Shown: one piece after another, positions 22,704 through 36,330 of the stretch
Layout: each line of letters begins with the position of its first letter
How positions within the stretch are numbered: the stretch's first letter is position 1
Assembly: GCA_002633005.1 (NCBI GenBank)
Contig: NMRA01000705.1
Coordinates: forward strand, 1-64,000
Length of the DNA stretch: 64,000 bases
Direction: 5' to 3'
Source of the DNA: Phoronis australis
Lineage: Eukaryota > Animalia > Phoronida
Notes under the pieces: model-generated
Database searches by the model: none
Told to the model about the DNA's origin: nothing
Seen by the model: only the letters and a program-made list of their open reading frames with translations
Translations under genes and position numbers: made by a program

Positions 22704-25291
22704 CGCCGTAAAATATAACAACTGTTATATTTTACGTCATTGTTACATTTTACGTTGCTAAGGCTCTCTTAAAATGTAACAAGTTGTTACATTTTACGTA
22801 GTTGATATATTTCACGTCGAACGCAAATGCGAGAAATGTACCATTGTTACATTTTACGAAACCCGCGTCATATTGCAAAGAAAATGACCAAAATCACGAA
22901 CAAGTGGTATCTGACACAGCCGGGGGGTACTGGAGTATTTTAGATGAGGAGTGCCGCCCGAAAAATTTGAATACCTACCCGTTTAGAGAGTGAGCTCGGA
23001 CAAAAAATGACCCATTTAGAGATTAATTTGTGTAAAAATTCACATTTTTGCACACTTCTGTTTCAGAAATTCGGGAAAGCTATCCTTTAGATATAGTTTT
23101 GTCGGAAATGGCACCATTTTGGAGAGTATTTTTTTCTGTGAAAAAACACCCTTTTGGGCTGCACTTTTCGTATACATCTTGTATAAGAATGAGACGGGCA
23201 TGAATTTGGCTACCTATTATCATTTTTATTAGCATTACATTACTGTCACTATTGTTACTGTTACTGCTATTAATGCTGTTACTACTATCACTAGTAATAC
23301 TTGTTATCGCTTCGTTTTCGTTATCGTTACTATTATTATCATTATCATTATTATTATTAGTATTTTTAATTTATTGATTGAGAACACAATGCATGTTTAG
23401 CAAAGTCCTGATACATCATGGTCCTCAAAGATCTTAAAATCATCTCATTTATGGTTCAATGTTATCATCGGGCTTTCCATAGTGGACGGCGAGTGCTGTT
23501 CCAAAAGGATTGTAAAGGGGCTCCTATGTTCAGCTTTAACGATATTTCGAGGAACGTCTTGTCAGCTGTGGATGCAGAAAAGGCCTACTTTTTGGAAACG
23601 AGGGGGTTGAGATTTAAAATCTTGTTTAGACGTGCACCAACTTCAAAAATTGATTATTTCTATCGGCAAGCAGTGTATTATTTGCAAATATATCTATAAC
23701 TATATTCATCTGTAGTTTGCAACAAAGAACTCAATTAAGACCGCAATATTGTCTCTGATGACTTGTTGAAAACATTCCTTGTCAAAGAACTGAGGATCGT
23801 TCCATGATGATGTGGTGTTAAGTTGAGTCTAGAGGCTGACACTTTTCGGCAATTAAAGACTGGTCGGCTGCGGTCACCGGGTCATTAAAATAGCTGGTAA
23901 CGTACATGTAAAACACACAACGACTTTACGTGGAATGGACCCCAATATTCTTAGAAAAGCGCAGTGATTTAACAGAATGACTTGAACTAGGTTTCATTGA
24001 AAGTGGATTGCATAGAACAAAAACCACCAACGTCGAAGTCAGTGATGTTTAATATGAGCATTTAATGCAATGCATCAAAAGGATTAATATGCCAAATTCC
24101 CTTATCGGCGAGCTGCAACACAAAAAAATGGCTCCTCACGAGACACGTGACTTCACGTCCAATCAGCTTCTTTGGACTATTGTCCCTCTAAAATATCGTC
24201 CTAGACCAGGTTTGAAAAAAATGATTATGTCCTTTCAGAGTGCAAAATATTTTTATTTCCCCAGTTAGGCATCCCATTTTCATCGTATACACGCCACGGT
24301 TTCATCTGTTGTTACCACCGCTATTTCAGGCAGGGTAGACATCATAAGAACTTTCTTTTAGCGTTCAAGCTGTATTACACACGTTTAAGTATGCCGCCAC
24401 TTTTTACACTATTGGCTCACTGTGCTCAAAGGCGGTATTTTGCTGTTGCTTTGGCAAAGTCTGTCAACATGCCGGCAAATAAATACGTGCTTTTAGTTCC
24501 TTCCATCACAATGTGTTTAAGAAATTGTCATTCGTAACTAAGGTGGTAGATAGAACCCGAAGAAATGCGATAAATATTAGCCAAATACAATGTCATTATT
24601 GTTCTTACCAAGGGAAGTGTGTTTACTGTAATGTCAGATACACCGTTGGTTTATGAGCGCCAACAAAAGATTGCAAGAACGCTTTAACGATAAGAAACTT
24701 TTTACTTGATCCTGTAAAACTCCTTTGGTGTGGACTATACCATAAAACTACTCATGTTAAAAAACATGGAAGTGCATAGGGACACATCTATCAAGTTGAC
24801 CTGCCACATTTGATAGAATTTCATTCACACTATCCGAGAAAGAAGGCGTTAAGTGTGTCAACGGTTTTCCTCCGTGTGACAAATACCATGCAAACTCATG
24901 AAATATGACGTCGCTTTCGTAAAATGTAACAATGGCACATTTCTCGCATGTACATTCGACGTAAATTGTAACAATTACATAAAATGTAACAAGTTGTTAC
25001 ATTTTAGGAGGAGGAGGCAGTGTGGCCTAGTGTGATGGTGCCCGCCTTCTTTACCCAAGGTCGTGGGTTAGAGTCCAACTGGGCCACACTGCTAGACCCT
25101 TGAGTCGGGTTTCTAGCTCCTCAGCTCGGTTTTAACTATATATTAATAAAGCACAAAAATATTTTCAGGTGATCAGTGCAAAGGTCATACAAGCGCGGCC
25201 TGCACACGTCTTTTTATACATTTTAGGAGGGGCCTAGCAACGTAAAATGTAACAATGACATAAAATGTAACAATTAACACATTTTACGGCG
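22704..25291. mobile_element. Non-autonomous TIR DNA transposon with TA target duplication (Tc1/mariner-type insertion signature)
   Basis: TA|CGCCGTAAAAT ... ATTTTACGGCG|TA. Imperfect inverted repeats of ~170 bp built from aaaatgtaacaa units. No transposase ORF. Confidence 0.85.
25012..25216 (+). mobile_element. tRNA-derived SINE inserted into the right TIR
   Basis: A-box-like tggcctagtg and B-box-like ggttagagtcc. 14-bp TSD tacattttaggagg at 24998-25011 and 25217-25230. Confidence 0.8.
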
Positions 25292-25293
25292 TA

Positions 25294-25525
25294 CCACGGC
25301 TTTGAGCTTGACATTTTTCTAATCCTGTAATCCAAGACGTGGAAAGGTTGGCAAGGGACAATAAATCTTTGAACCGAAGAGGAGGCTTTAGATTCAACCT
25401 GTAACACACCTGGGACAGGATTCTGACTAAAGTTTCCCTCCGATTTTCTCATGTTCGATCGAATTCACCAGAGGTCGCACAGGCTTGAAAAAGCCAGCAG
25501 ACGCTGCGGCGAAGCGTTGCCTTTT
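25294..25525 (+). mobile_element. Penelope-like remnant, 3' part of GIY-YIG and degenerate terminal motif
   Basis: SLNRRGGFRFNL*HTWDRI resembles the PLE C-terminal LNRxxG...L..TWD motif. It resumes directly after the TIR insertion. Confidence 0.6.
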
Positions 25526-28454
25526 TATTCCAAGTAAGTTCAGTAACGACTCATAATTTTCTGCATATTGTACTCGTACTGGATGAATCATAACATACAT
25601 CGATTTATTATAACGTTTTCTTACAGAAATGAACTTGAATTTCCAAAAATCGATAAGTGACTTTATTTTAATGATGCTTGGGGGCAAATAGTTTTGTCGA
25701 TTTTTTTCTAAGAAAGTAGGCTACTTTTTCTTAATTTTACCGCGAGGGTAACTGTTTCCGACACGGGTATTACTGTAACAAGTCGTAAAAAAGCTTACTT
25801 CCGATAGATTGGTTGTTAAGCAGCAGACACAAGAGGTTGTGGTATAGTCTTTGTACTCGAAATCGAACGCGAAATAATATTTGGCATTTTCCGTTCTACT
25901 TTAGCGGATTTGTCCATTTAGGAAAGCGAATAGATCTGTAATAATGCAGCTGATAGGCCGAGATCATTAATCAATTTTAGAATCAGTAAGTGTTTTCAAT
26001 CAGATAATTAATCAAAGGCATAGAAAAACATAGGTTTTTCAAAGGACGTTTAGATTTACATTTCAAATCGATAGTAAGCATGGACGGATGAATGCCAAGG
26101 CTGTCCACTCAAGCTCAGCACGCTTGATTTCGTTTCCAAAAGATTATTCTAGGGAGGTAACTCCTCCAACGTGCTTCTGGTCTTCGCTTCTTTTTCTCAT
26201 ATGCACCCAGAAGATCACCTCCATACTTTTAACGCCCGACCGGCTTTGATCAGCCCTACACACTGCCCGCCTTGGCTATTTTCACCGCAGACAAATCAGC
26301 TGACAAGCCGGGTTGCAGCCTCGTTCTGTTAACTTTGACTTGCAGCCGTTGCAAGGAATGGGCGATTGGAAGTAAAACCTCCAAAACACCAAGGAGTTTG
26401 CTGTTTTATTGTTCTTCTAATTACATCAAGAAGTTAATCTCACCCTTTTAACCGTTTATGTAGGATCTTATTCACATAGTCTGCAAAATTATAAATCAGT
26501 AAGTTTATATTTTCTGAAACTATAAAGCATGTAGAATTTGATTTTTTACTTTTCCCAATCTATTAGCTGGATCACGTAAACTATTTAGTATCTTTTCATT
26601 TACCAAAAAGGGAGGCACATTGATAGCAAAACAACGTGTACGTGTGACGATCAAAATTTTACTTCATTAATGTTCAAGGTAACTGAGATCTCAGAAGCGC
26701 TGTTGAAATTTTTCGAAGTAATCATTTCGTTTTGTGCAACTTTTGAATTTTTATATAAACTGTTTATGTACTATTTTTGATAGCCCTCCTGCAAAAGCGG
26801 GATATTTTAAGAACAACTAGCGGCATTTTACCGCCTGTAGTCAGTGCGTAAATCATATATGGTATCTGAATGTTTCATATGAATCCGATTAGTCAGTGAG
26901 ATATGGTGCTCCGAAGTTAGCCAAATTAGGACATTTTCTGTATATCTCAGTGCACCCTTTCCGTTTCTTTTCGTGGAACTTTTCATTTTTTTCGAAGTTA
27001 AAAAATCATATTCATATGCGGCATCCTCATCAGCCAATACAAAAGTTCACGGTGGTTAGGCTCGTCTGAAAATTTTCGTCAGGCTCAGCCCTCATTGAGC
27101 CACCGTCTTAAAACTAGCGGCATATCTGGCATCTCATTTGTGCGTATGTTTGAAAACATAGTATTAACCAATAATGCAAAATTTACAAAGCTCGTACACA
27201 CGCTTTTGGTCCACATTAGATGGCGCTACAGATGCTCTTCAATCTCCTTTGCCAGAAGTCGGCAAAGATCGCATCAGTTTCCTTTCGCTCGAAAACAACC
27301 TGTGTCCATCACCGTTCGAGGGAGTTGGAAGACTACAATAAATTGAATATAAACCGACTATCTGTGATGGAAGGACCCTCAGTGTGACCATCGAGGTACG
27401 AAGGCTCGACACTTAACACTTAAGTATACTTGTCAATGGCAATGCTAGCCGGACTGGCCCTGTTGGCCCAGCCAGCTAGCTGTACTGTAGGCAACACGGT
27501 CACGTAGCCCCTCGGTTGGCCATTGGGGCTACTATACTTCCACTCGCTTTCTGTATGCATTTCGTTATATGTATTTTAAACGGGCAGTAGGCCAAATCCT
27601 GCCAACGATTTTGAGTTTTCACCAAATTCCACACTTAAAACAATCATTTAAAAAAGCGCTTACTTTCATTCATCATTGGTCCTTTCTATTTCTATACATA
27701 TCTTCGTTGAAGTTTATTTGTGATAATTAAGGTGACTTTGGTGAAGAATTCCAACTCCACTTTTTGGTTGCCATTAACTTTTTCACCACGCACGCTATAA
27801 CCACGAAGTATGTCAACTGAGTCACGTGAGTTAGGCAAAGGCTAGCGCGAGACTGAGCGAAGTGCGTGACGCTAGCGCGTGACACTTGCAAAATAGCATG
27901 AGAAGGTATCAGGGGAAATTTGTAAGATTTGTTTCCCTTGGACTTTTTATTTTTTATTCGTCAACATGCATGATTTCACGTAACTTCCTCAAAATTGCAC
28001 CCGGTAAGAGAAACTCGAGCAAACTGCGACAGATTTTCGTTGATTTGTTCAAATTATCTTGACTGAATCGTCTCCAGACTTATGGTATGAGTTATTTATA
28101 ACTCTATGTGCATATATGCATGTTTCATTTGATTTTATTTCCTGTATTTTGAAATGAGTAACTTTTTGTGGGGATGTAACTATCGCCCCTGTATGCCTGC
28201 GGCATCCAGGGCGATGTAATTGCCTCGATAGCTGTATGAGCGGTGGGTCTGAGAAGACTATCGTTAAAATACAGCTAGGAACCACTGTGGATTAAGTTAT
28301 GATTGACCTCGAAATTTCATACAGCCCAGATAGTTCTGCTCGTCACCTCCTGAAACTAATATCAACTTCCATAGCTAACGACCGATGGGGTGAATGCAAA
28401 ATCTGGGAGTCGGCAACCAACATTCACCTTGCCCATTGGCACTGCAGAAAAACC

Positions 28455-28574
28455 GCATTGGTCAGATATAGTGGTCCCTGATTTAGAGGGTCAGGCAATC
28501 ACTGAATAATGGGCCCATTACTTAGTGGATGAAACTGGTTCTCTAAATCAGGGACCGCTATATCTGACTAGTGC
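28455..28574. repeat. ~120-bp foldback palindrome (MITE-like hairpin)
   Basis: gtcagatatagtggtccctgatttagag pairs with ctctaaatcagggaccgctatatctgac. The centre aatgggcccatt is palindromic. Confidence 0.8.
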
Positions 28575-28680
28575 CGTGAAAAACAATCTAATAAATGTCA
28601 TTTTCTTGCATAATTCTCCACCTCTTATAACAAAGAAAAGTCTATCATGGTTTTCAAAACAATATGCTCGTGACAGTGGG

Positions 28681-28702
28681 TGACACGCGCACGCGCCATT
28701 TC
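28681..28702 (+). promoter_or_regulatory. Candidate GTPBP6 promoter (NRF1-like and YY1-like motifs)
   Basis: gcgcacgcgc overlapping gccattt, ~1.4 kb upstream of the ATG exon. That exon has an upstream acceptor at 30061, which implies a non-coding first exon. Confidence 0.3.
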
Positions 28703-30074
28703 TTAAAGTTTTGCGACATCACTCAGGTGATGATGGCAGCTTCACACCAGCAACTGTTTTTCTGAAATTCACTTTGCTGGTATTAGAAAACTTATAACGA
28801 AATGGAACCAGTTCTGATAATTAGTTGTGACATGTACACAATCTCGTGGAAAAAGAACTACAGTTGATTGGAGAACCGGTGAAAAACAAAAGTGGCCGAT
28901 AGGTGATGTCATGGTGCCGAAAGCCGATGCATAAGATAGCTCCTGACCACAAATTTAGCAGCAGAATTATGGTAGAACGTCAATTTTTGGTAAGACCAGT
29001 AACTAATTCAGTTTACTCGAAGTGTGGAGTTTAATGACACTTAGTGTCAAATTTTACTGGTATGCTGCCAGTTTTGTAACCACATCTGTGCAAAGCTGTA
29101 CATTTACTATACAGCTTTACTACAAGGCTACACTTGGCCTAGACATTGCGCAGGCTCACACAATGTACGTACAGTGCTGCCAACCACACCAGCTTCAGCA
29201 AAAGTGTAGATTTGGCAGGACAAATTTTGCAGGCATCTGGTGTCTATATGTGTGTTGGACATTTGGGAATCTATCCCATGCACAAATCACAGGACAGCAC
29301 TAGACAATATCAAGGATTAATGATGTTGACAATGGCAATACCACAATTTGAATGAACAAGTATTTAAAGGTCTTACCTGTTATATTGAATTCAGTTCAAG
29401 TCTGTGACGCAAACGCGCCCAATTCTCAATAATTGTTTGCTCTTATGACATATGGTAAGCTGTCAAGGTATGATATAAGACAAATTTGATTTAAAAATAG
29501 GTCCCATGCTTGTTCTTTCTGTCGACCACCTTGTTGTGAAAGCCTGTCATGTATCAAATACCTTGCATAATAAATTACTATGCACTGAAAAATTGCTAAT
29601 GGTGCATGAATGTAGCACTTTCAAGCCGTTTCAATTCAGTTCACTTTTCAGTGAATTTATTTAAACATTGGATGAACTTTGAAGAATAACAAACTTGGCT
29701 CAAAGTCATCAAGTATTACTTCTGGTCTATCTTGGCAGTAATTCTGAAAGTTGTAGAGTACCTGGTTGATATTTGAATCGCCGAATGAATTTTGGTAGAG
29801 TTTCTGCCTGACCAAGTTACGTGACATAAACAAACCCTGACAATTAAGAAATAAGTAAATTTTTAATCAGAGCAAAAACTTCTTGAAGTGAATTTAGTTG
29901 TGGTTAAGAGCATTTTCCAAACTCTTTTTGAATATAAAATAAATCAAGAATATCATGTAACATCAAAAGTGTTGCTGTAAAAGTAATTAAATGTTTAACA
30001 GGCTGGCCTGAGAGAATACAGATGACTTACAATGATAGACCATGTCATTTTATTCATTCAGGTGCTGCTGTATC

Positions 30075-30375
30075 ATGCTCAAGATTTCTAGACTTTGCCA
30101 TGCATGTGGATCAAGTTTGTTATCCCAGTGTGTTCGTGGTGAATCAACTGTGACATATGGTTTGAGCAGAACAGTGTGTAGCTTGTTGGATAACAAGCCA
30201 TTGCAGTGGCATGATGACTCTGGAAGAAAGAGAAGATACTATGAGTTGGTGAAACATCTGTGTGGGTGTTCTGTGATTAATCAGAGATATTTTAGTGGGA
30301 CCATAACATGCCAGAAGAAAACTGTTGGTAGCGTGTCAAGCGATACTATTGGGGAATTAAGTGATAAAGACAATG
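30075..30375 (+). CDS. GTPBP6: GTPBP6 coding exon 1 (basic, mitochondrial-presequence-like N-terminus)
   Basis: Acceptor ttcattcag| at 30061. ATG CTC AAG ATT (MLKISRLCHACGSS...), ends AAT G|gtgag, phase 1, in frame with the next exon. Confidence 0.7.
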
Positions 30376-31894
30376 GTGAGATATAAACCTTGCAATTTTG
30401 TAAAGATGTTTATAAAGTGAATGAATTGTTTAAACTTCCAAAGCTTTCCGAGACGATATGTTCTGGGGTTTACACCACAATGGCATACTTTATAGGTGCA
30501 TACTTCTCATGGATGCCCCATATTTGGTGAAATTTAAGTTTTTGATGCTCCATGCATTGCCATTTAGAATGTCAAATTCAAATTGAATAGAATTTCTTTT
30601 TAGTGGAGTGTCTGATTGCATAATCAATCATTAAATTCGAGTACCTCGTTTTCAAATTGGAACAATTGTTTAAAATTCTGACCCATTGCTAGCTTACCTT
30701 ATTGAAAAAATATTGAAAAAATCAAACTAATGGGTGCAAATCTGTGCTGAAATGGCCAACACAATTTTCTTCAGAATGAGTGCATATAATGGCATACTGC
30801 TCACGTGTGCATAAAGGGAAGCAAACAATCATGACCTGCAGTCTATATTTGAAATCAAACTCAATCAAAACTATTTTTGACATTTTTTAATGCAGCAAAG
30901 TACAATGTCATACTTACACATGAGACACCTGGTATGGAAGGGAATATTAAGTGTTCTTAGTTAATGCATGAGAATCGTTTTCAACTGCAGCTCTAGGAAA
31001 ACTTAATCTGTAAACAACGAATGCTAATTATATTAATACAGAGCTAGAGATGCATAGATTACATTCAATGCACAAATTCATGCTCCCGCACAAACAAATA
31101 ACGAATGATTAACAAAGTAACATATGTCAATTTCACCACATTACAACAACACAATTACTGTTGCAGAACCCATGTACATTTACAAGACTGTAGCAAAATG
31201 TACAATTTAAAACACAGTGAGAAACTAACCTGAAAAATACTCCTCAGCCCTTTGTTACACAAATCACTGATAAGGGCAGAATATGTTACAACTTAGTCAA
31301 GTGCCCAAATGAATAGCCATGACCTACAAATCTATTGACTGATTGGTCGAATTGTCACAACAACAGCAACTGTCATTATGCACAAGTACAGAACAAATTC
31401 ATTATATAACAAAATACAATCCAGAATCACTAAATCCACTCAGGGTGTAGCAACAAGGTCATTAACTGGAGCCGCACTAGGCTGGCATGCCACTAGAATC
31501 AAATCCTGCAATGTACTAAGTACAAGAACACATTTTTATGATATATAAAATTTAAAAACTTGATTAGCATGACAAAGTAATACAAACTTCATTCTACCAC
31601 ATTGTAAACACCTTGTTGTGGACTGTGGACTCTTACTTGTGAGGCCTGAATTTGAATACTGTGTTAGATGGCAGACTATGGGCATCGCACTAATAGAGGT
31701 CTCTTGCCATCTTGTGCTCAGTCTTCACTTGAGTGTGTGAAAGGGAGGGAATGTGGTGCGAATGTGGAGCGGAAATCAGTGCTCTGCAGTGATGGGGAAA
31801 AATATTTTTGAAAATTGACCAATCTGCTTAATAACAGTACAATTCTACTGAAGGATATCACTGATATGTATTAATAAAGTCTATCGCTTTGCAG

Positions 31895-31993
31895 ATATGC
31901 TGGACCTCATTGCTGACGAGGTTTTGTTCGACTATGCCGACAAACAGTACATTCTCCCCGATTCGGGACATTGTGTGTTTTTACTACAGCCTG
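31895..31993 (+). CDS. GTPBP6: GTPBP6 coding exon 2
   Basis: tttgcag|AT ATG...CAG CCT G|gtatgt. DMLDLIADEVLFDYADKQYILPDSGHCVFLLQP (cf. LPAGTQRVCLVHP). Confidence 0.85.
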
Positions 31994-32606
31994 GTATGTT
32001 ATGACATTGGTGAGATTCCAAATTTTATAGGCAGACATATTGCAGACTTTTCAGGATCCCAGTCCTGGGCCTTTGTTTTGATAGGCATATGAGTTTCAAA
32101 AACTGGACTTCCATGACATCAGGGAGTTAAATGAATTTCTTGATATCGAGTCCTTAGTGTTAGGATGGACTCGTACCCTTTAGAGAGGCGTTGCACCACT
32201 TAATGAAAGCATCTGGGAGAGGGCGGAACATTTAAAAAAATATTGGAACTTCCCAGATTAGGCCAAAATTGAGATAGTTGACTCTTATCTGAAACATGCA
32301 CCTTGACCTTTAAAGAAAAAGGATTCCAATCCAATTCAGTTGTCATCAGACGATGCTGGGCTTCCAACTAATTTCTTTTTAAAAATATGGACAACTGAAA
32401 ATACCACATTACCACATCAATTTTAAAAAAATCCTCAGACCAGAACCAATTATACTTCTTGTCTTTGGCCTGGTATTACTTTGCGATATGCTAAGCTGGA
32501 CAATGGGTATATTTTCCGGGTCCTTGCATACCTTTTTGGAATTTCTCATGTGATATCCAAAAATTGAGGCATTGTTACCAGTTTTTGAGAAACTATTTGC
32601 TTGCAG

Positions 32607-32713
32607 ATGATAAGACGACTCCCAAGTGGGCTCAACAGACGTCTGCTATTCACAGAATGGAGGAAGCCCAAGCTTTAGTGGAGACACTGCCAAACTGGAC
32701 GGTTCTGGACAAG
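32607..32713 (+). CDS. GTPBP6: GTPBP6 coding exon 3
   Basis: ttgcag|...|gtag. DDKTTPKWAQQTSAIHRMEEAQALVETLPNWTVLDK (cf. EATALVHTLDGWSVV). Confidence 0.88.
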
Positions 32714-32875
32714 GTAGAATTCTAGACAAAGTAGTGACCATACAGTTCTAGACAAGGTAGTGACCATTCACAGTTCTGAACATGATTGTGGCCATGCACA
32801 GTTCTGGACATGGTTGTGACCATGCATAGTTCTGGACATGGTTGTGATAATACACAGTTCCAGACAACGTAGTAT
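32700..32875. repeat. Degenerate ~28-bp minisatellite derived from GTPBP6 exon 3 end and donor
   Basis: About 6 units of cacagttctggacaaggtagtgaccat, beginning at the exon-intron junction. Confidence 0.7.
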
Positions 32876-32893
32876 TTATGCAACTGTGTATGC

Positions 32894-33387
32894 CAGGGCT
32901 TGGAATTTTCCGCGGAAACGCGGATTTCCGCTTTTTTCAAATGTGCTTTCCGCTTTTTTTATAATATTTCCGCGTAAAGAAATCGGATTTGATATAAAAT
33001 TTCCGCGGCAAATTCCTTTCTTACCGCGGCGTTGCAGACGACGTTCACCTCAAAAAGCGGAAGTTGCTCTTTATGTTTCGGCGGAACGTAAATTGTCAAC
33101 ATTGCCAGGGCATCTGGGACAGCGTGGTGGGATTCTCAATGGCGTCTTGTGTTATTGTTAAGCGTGGCGACAAATACTACCGCTCTGCAGCCAAAAATGT
33201 GTGGGTTAGGAGTGGACGGGCGAGCTAAAAGGACGCAGACGCATGCTACTGATGGTGGTAACTTTTTTTTTTTTTAGGCCTCCCGATTTTTCACATTGAC
33301 CATTTCAAGGCTGGTTATCAGGCATGATTTGGGCCGTAAAAGTTTCAAAGTTTCCGCTTTTGTTGCCATTGTTCATTCCAAGCCCTG
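32894..33387. mobile_element. hAT-like MITE with 6-bp TSD
   Basis: TIRs CAGGGCTTGGAAT / ATTCCAAGCCCTG; GTATGC duplicated on both flanks. Confidence 0.85.
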
Positions 33388-36330
33388 GTATGCGTGATCC
33401 CATAAGTACAAGAATGCATTTTTTCAAATTATTTTGCTTGATGTTTTTCCCACCTATGAACATCTTCCAACGCTTAACTTCTTGGCATATGCTGCCATCC
33501 CTAGTACTGGTGCATATGACAGGTGTATTGTCCATTGTTAGGAACTTTCCAGTAACCTTTAATGTCTGCCATGTAAACATCTATTTTTATCGTAAGCCCA
33601 AATACTGTAGAAAGCCGCAGACTCTGAGACAGCCTGGCTGATTGCGGCGAAACTCCGCGTGCCTCTAGATCTCAGCTCTGACGAGTCAGTAACTAAACAC
33701 TAGGTAAATACTACAGGATTATAGAGGGGGCTGCTGTGTTCTAGGAAATGGTCATTGACTGCTGTTAGTGGGCAAAATGTCTTTTTGACATCTTAAAGTA
33801 CTTTAGACCGGGCGCACGCACTACTGCAGCTGACAACTTGACGCCATATTGGAGATTGCTACTAGTCACGTGACACGGCTAATTGCCGTGTAAACAAACG
33901 GGGTAAATTGTCCTTTTCAAAGCGCGATATCTAACAAATAAAGAGGCTGAAGAGTGTGATTTTTTCCAGAAATGTACAAAAACATGTGATGTAGCATTAA
34001 CATGCGTTTTTAGGAGTTAATCAGTCGACAGGGAAAATATCAAACTACTAGAAGATCGCAACCAGTGGCAGATTCTCGAGTGGCTTGTGCAGCTGCACGC
34101 CTGTCAATCCACTGCGAGCGTTTTATTTTTTCGTTTTTTTTTCAAGAAAAACCACTAAGATCGCGCAAATTTATTATAATTCGTGTTGCTGGATGCAAAT
34201 ACATTATATCCAGGAGACGCTCACTCGAGATGTACTTTCATGGTGCCCCATTAAGCCTTTTCACTGAGTGTTGAACAACGACCCCGGGCAACTTTGAAAA
34301 ATTAAAATATGAGCCAGGTCGCTTTTAATACGTCTAAATTTGGTGTGAACTACTGTGAAAAATGGCCTCATTGTGGTCAGGTTTTTAAAGTTCATCAGAG
34401 CGTTCTCCCATTCAGTACAGCGACCGTTGTAAGCGTGTGATAACATGTAGCTCCTTTGTTAACTGCCAAGCATAGTCTTTTGTCTAGTTGCGCAACATGC
34501 AGATGAATTATTTACCAGGCTTATAACCGATCACATGTGAACACAGTGAATTCCACTACGTTGGTACGTTCGAACAGAATAGATTGTAGTTGAGCGATTT
34601 TGGTGATTCAAAAACTATAACCTTGATCAGTATTTAATGGGCAATTCATAAATGTCATTGGTTTATGTTCAAACATTTTATAACTTATTTTTAACAGTAC
34701 AGCCCAGTGAGGATGTAAGATACGATCTTATCGGTGATTAGAGCAATTATCAAACAAAAGAGAGCTGACCCTCCAACCTTAATTGCCAGAATGGACTTAA
34801 TCAGTCGTCAGTGTAAGATGTTAGCAACAACAGTGGCCATCCGCCCAACTTGTTGTGATATACAACTTAACAAGTTAGACTCAACGGAAGAACGCCGTAA
34901 TGTAAAAAGCAAAGAACACAGACTTCGTTCCTTTCCTGTGCATCGCTCGGAACTGGAAATGTTCTTCTCTCATGCACCGTATTCCTCTCTCATGGATCTG
35001 AAGTCCCCCCGATCAAGCACCAGGCACTTGTTGGTGTTTTGTAGTATCCCCACACCGTGTAATTATGTGCTCACAAAGAGATCAGCCCCGCTCCCACACA
35101 TTATTTCGTACCGTTCCTGTCCATCCCCGCTCTTAATCTGATATACATACTGCGCGACCCTCAGCCGAGAAATTTAAAATAAATTCTGTCACGTACGCTG
35201 TCTGCTTATCTCAACCCCCTGTTGCATGGGAACCCTTGAATAATGACAGGACAAGTTTTCACGGACGTGGGGTCATTTTTCACGGGCTGAAAATTTTTAA
35301 CATTAAATTTAGACCCTGTGAAAAAATTAACTAGAGTCATTTGTCACGGGGTAATAATTAATGCTACATCAGCTTGGTTGGGTATATTTCCATTCGTTTT
35401 TGAGTGGGAAATTCTGTATTTTAGGTAAAGGTTAAATGCGCAATTCGGTCGTACAAGTTTGATATTTTGGTTACTACGCACTTTACTTTTTTGCGCAAGT
35501 TTCGTCACAAAACAGAGAGCACTTAAGCAAGCAGTTCAAATCTACAAAATTTCCAATAGCAACTTCAACATAAGTACAGATTTTGCAGGGCTTTGTTTGT
35601 TTTGATACAACAGAAAACATCTGGTTTTGGAATACATATTAAGAAATGAGTTTTTAAAGCAGTATATATTTCACTAGAGAATACACTATTCACTTAGATG
35701 TACTGATTTCGATGGCTGGAGAGTAAGTTCGGGGATGTTATTGTTCAGTAAAAATACACATGATTTTTAAATATGTACTTAAATGTAATTAGCAAACAGC
35801 ATCATCATTGGATAACACCATATGCTGGTCAATAATTAATTTTTAATTGATCTTATATGGTCTCAGTCACCAAGACTGATGTGGAAACAATGCATATCTG
35901 TAGTTGCTCCGCTTAAACTATGTTGGCAGAACATAAAAACCTAGTTGCAACACCACTAAACTCCATGGCCGAACCAAAAAAACCCATGACTCAATGGCAG
36001 GACCAAGAAACTTGACTTTTTGGCTGCAAGCATAACATTTCAAGCCCCTGCATTTCCTGCCTGATGCTGTAGGGCTCCCATTGTTTTCCGCCATTTTTGT
36101 CCTGTGTAACACTCTCCAATATGGCGTCATATTGACAACACTAGCTGCATGTATCTGAGTGGCGCGTGCCTGGTCTATGTGATGTCTGTGGTGGAGACTC
36201 ACAGTATAGCATGCTACTGGACAAAATGTCCTTTTGGTGCTATTCCATGGTTCATGAATGTCAATACTCATGAAGTCAGCCAAAGTCAGGTAGTCTATCT
36301 AGTTTAAAGTTGGTTTCTCCTCATCTTCAG

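Noticed and set aside
25015-25090. tRNA gene
   Set aside because: A and B boxes are degenerate, there is no clean cloverleaf, and it is bounded by a 14-bp TSD with a non-tRNA tail. It is a SINE head.
25482-25520. Hammerhead at the 3' end of the Penelope remnant
   Set aside because: Both core boxes are mutated (TTGAAAA for CTGANGA, GAAG for GAAA). At best a fossil.
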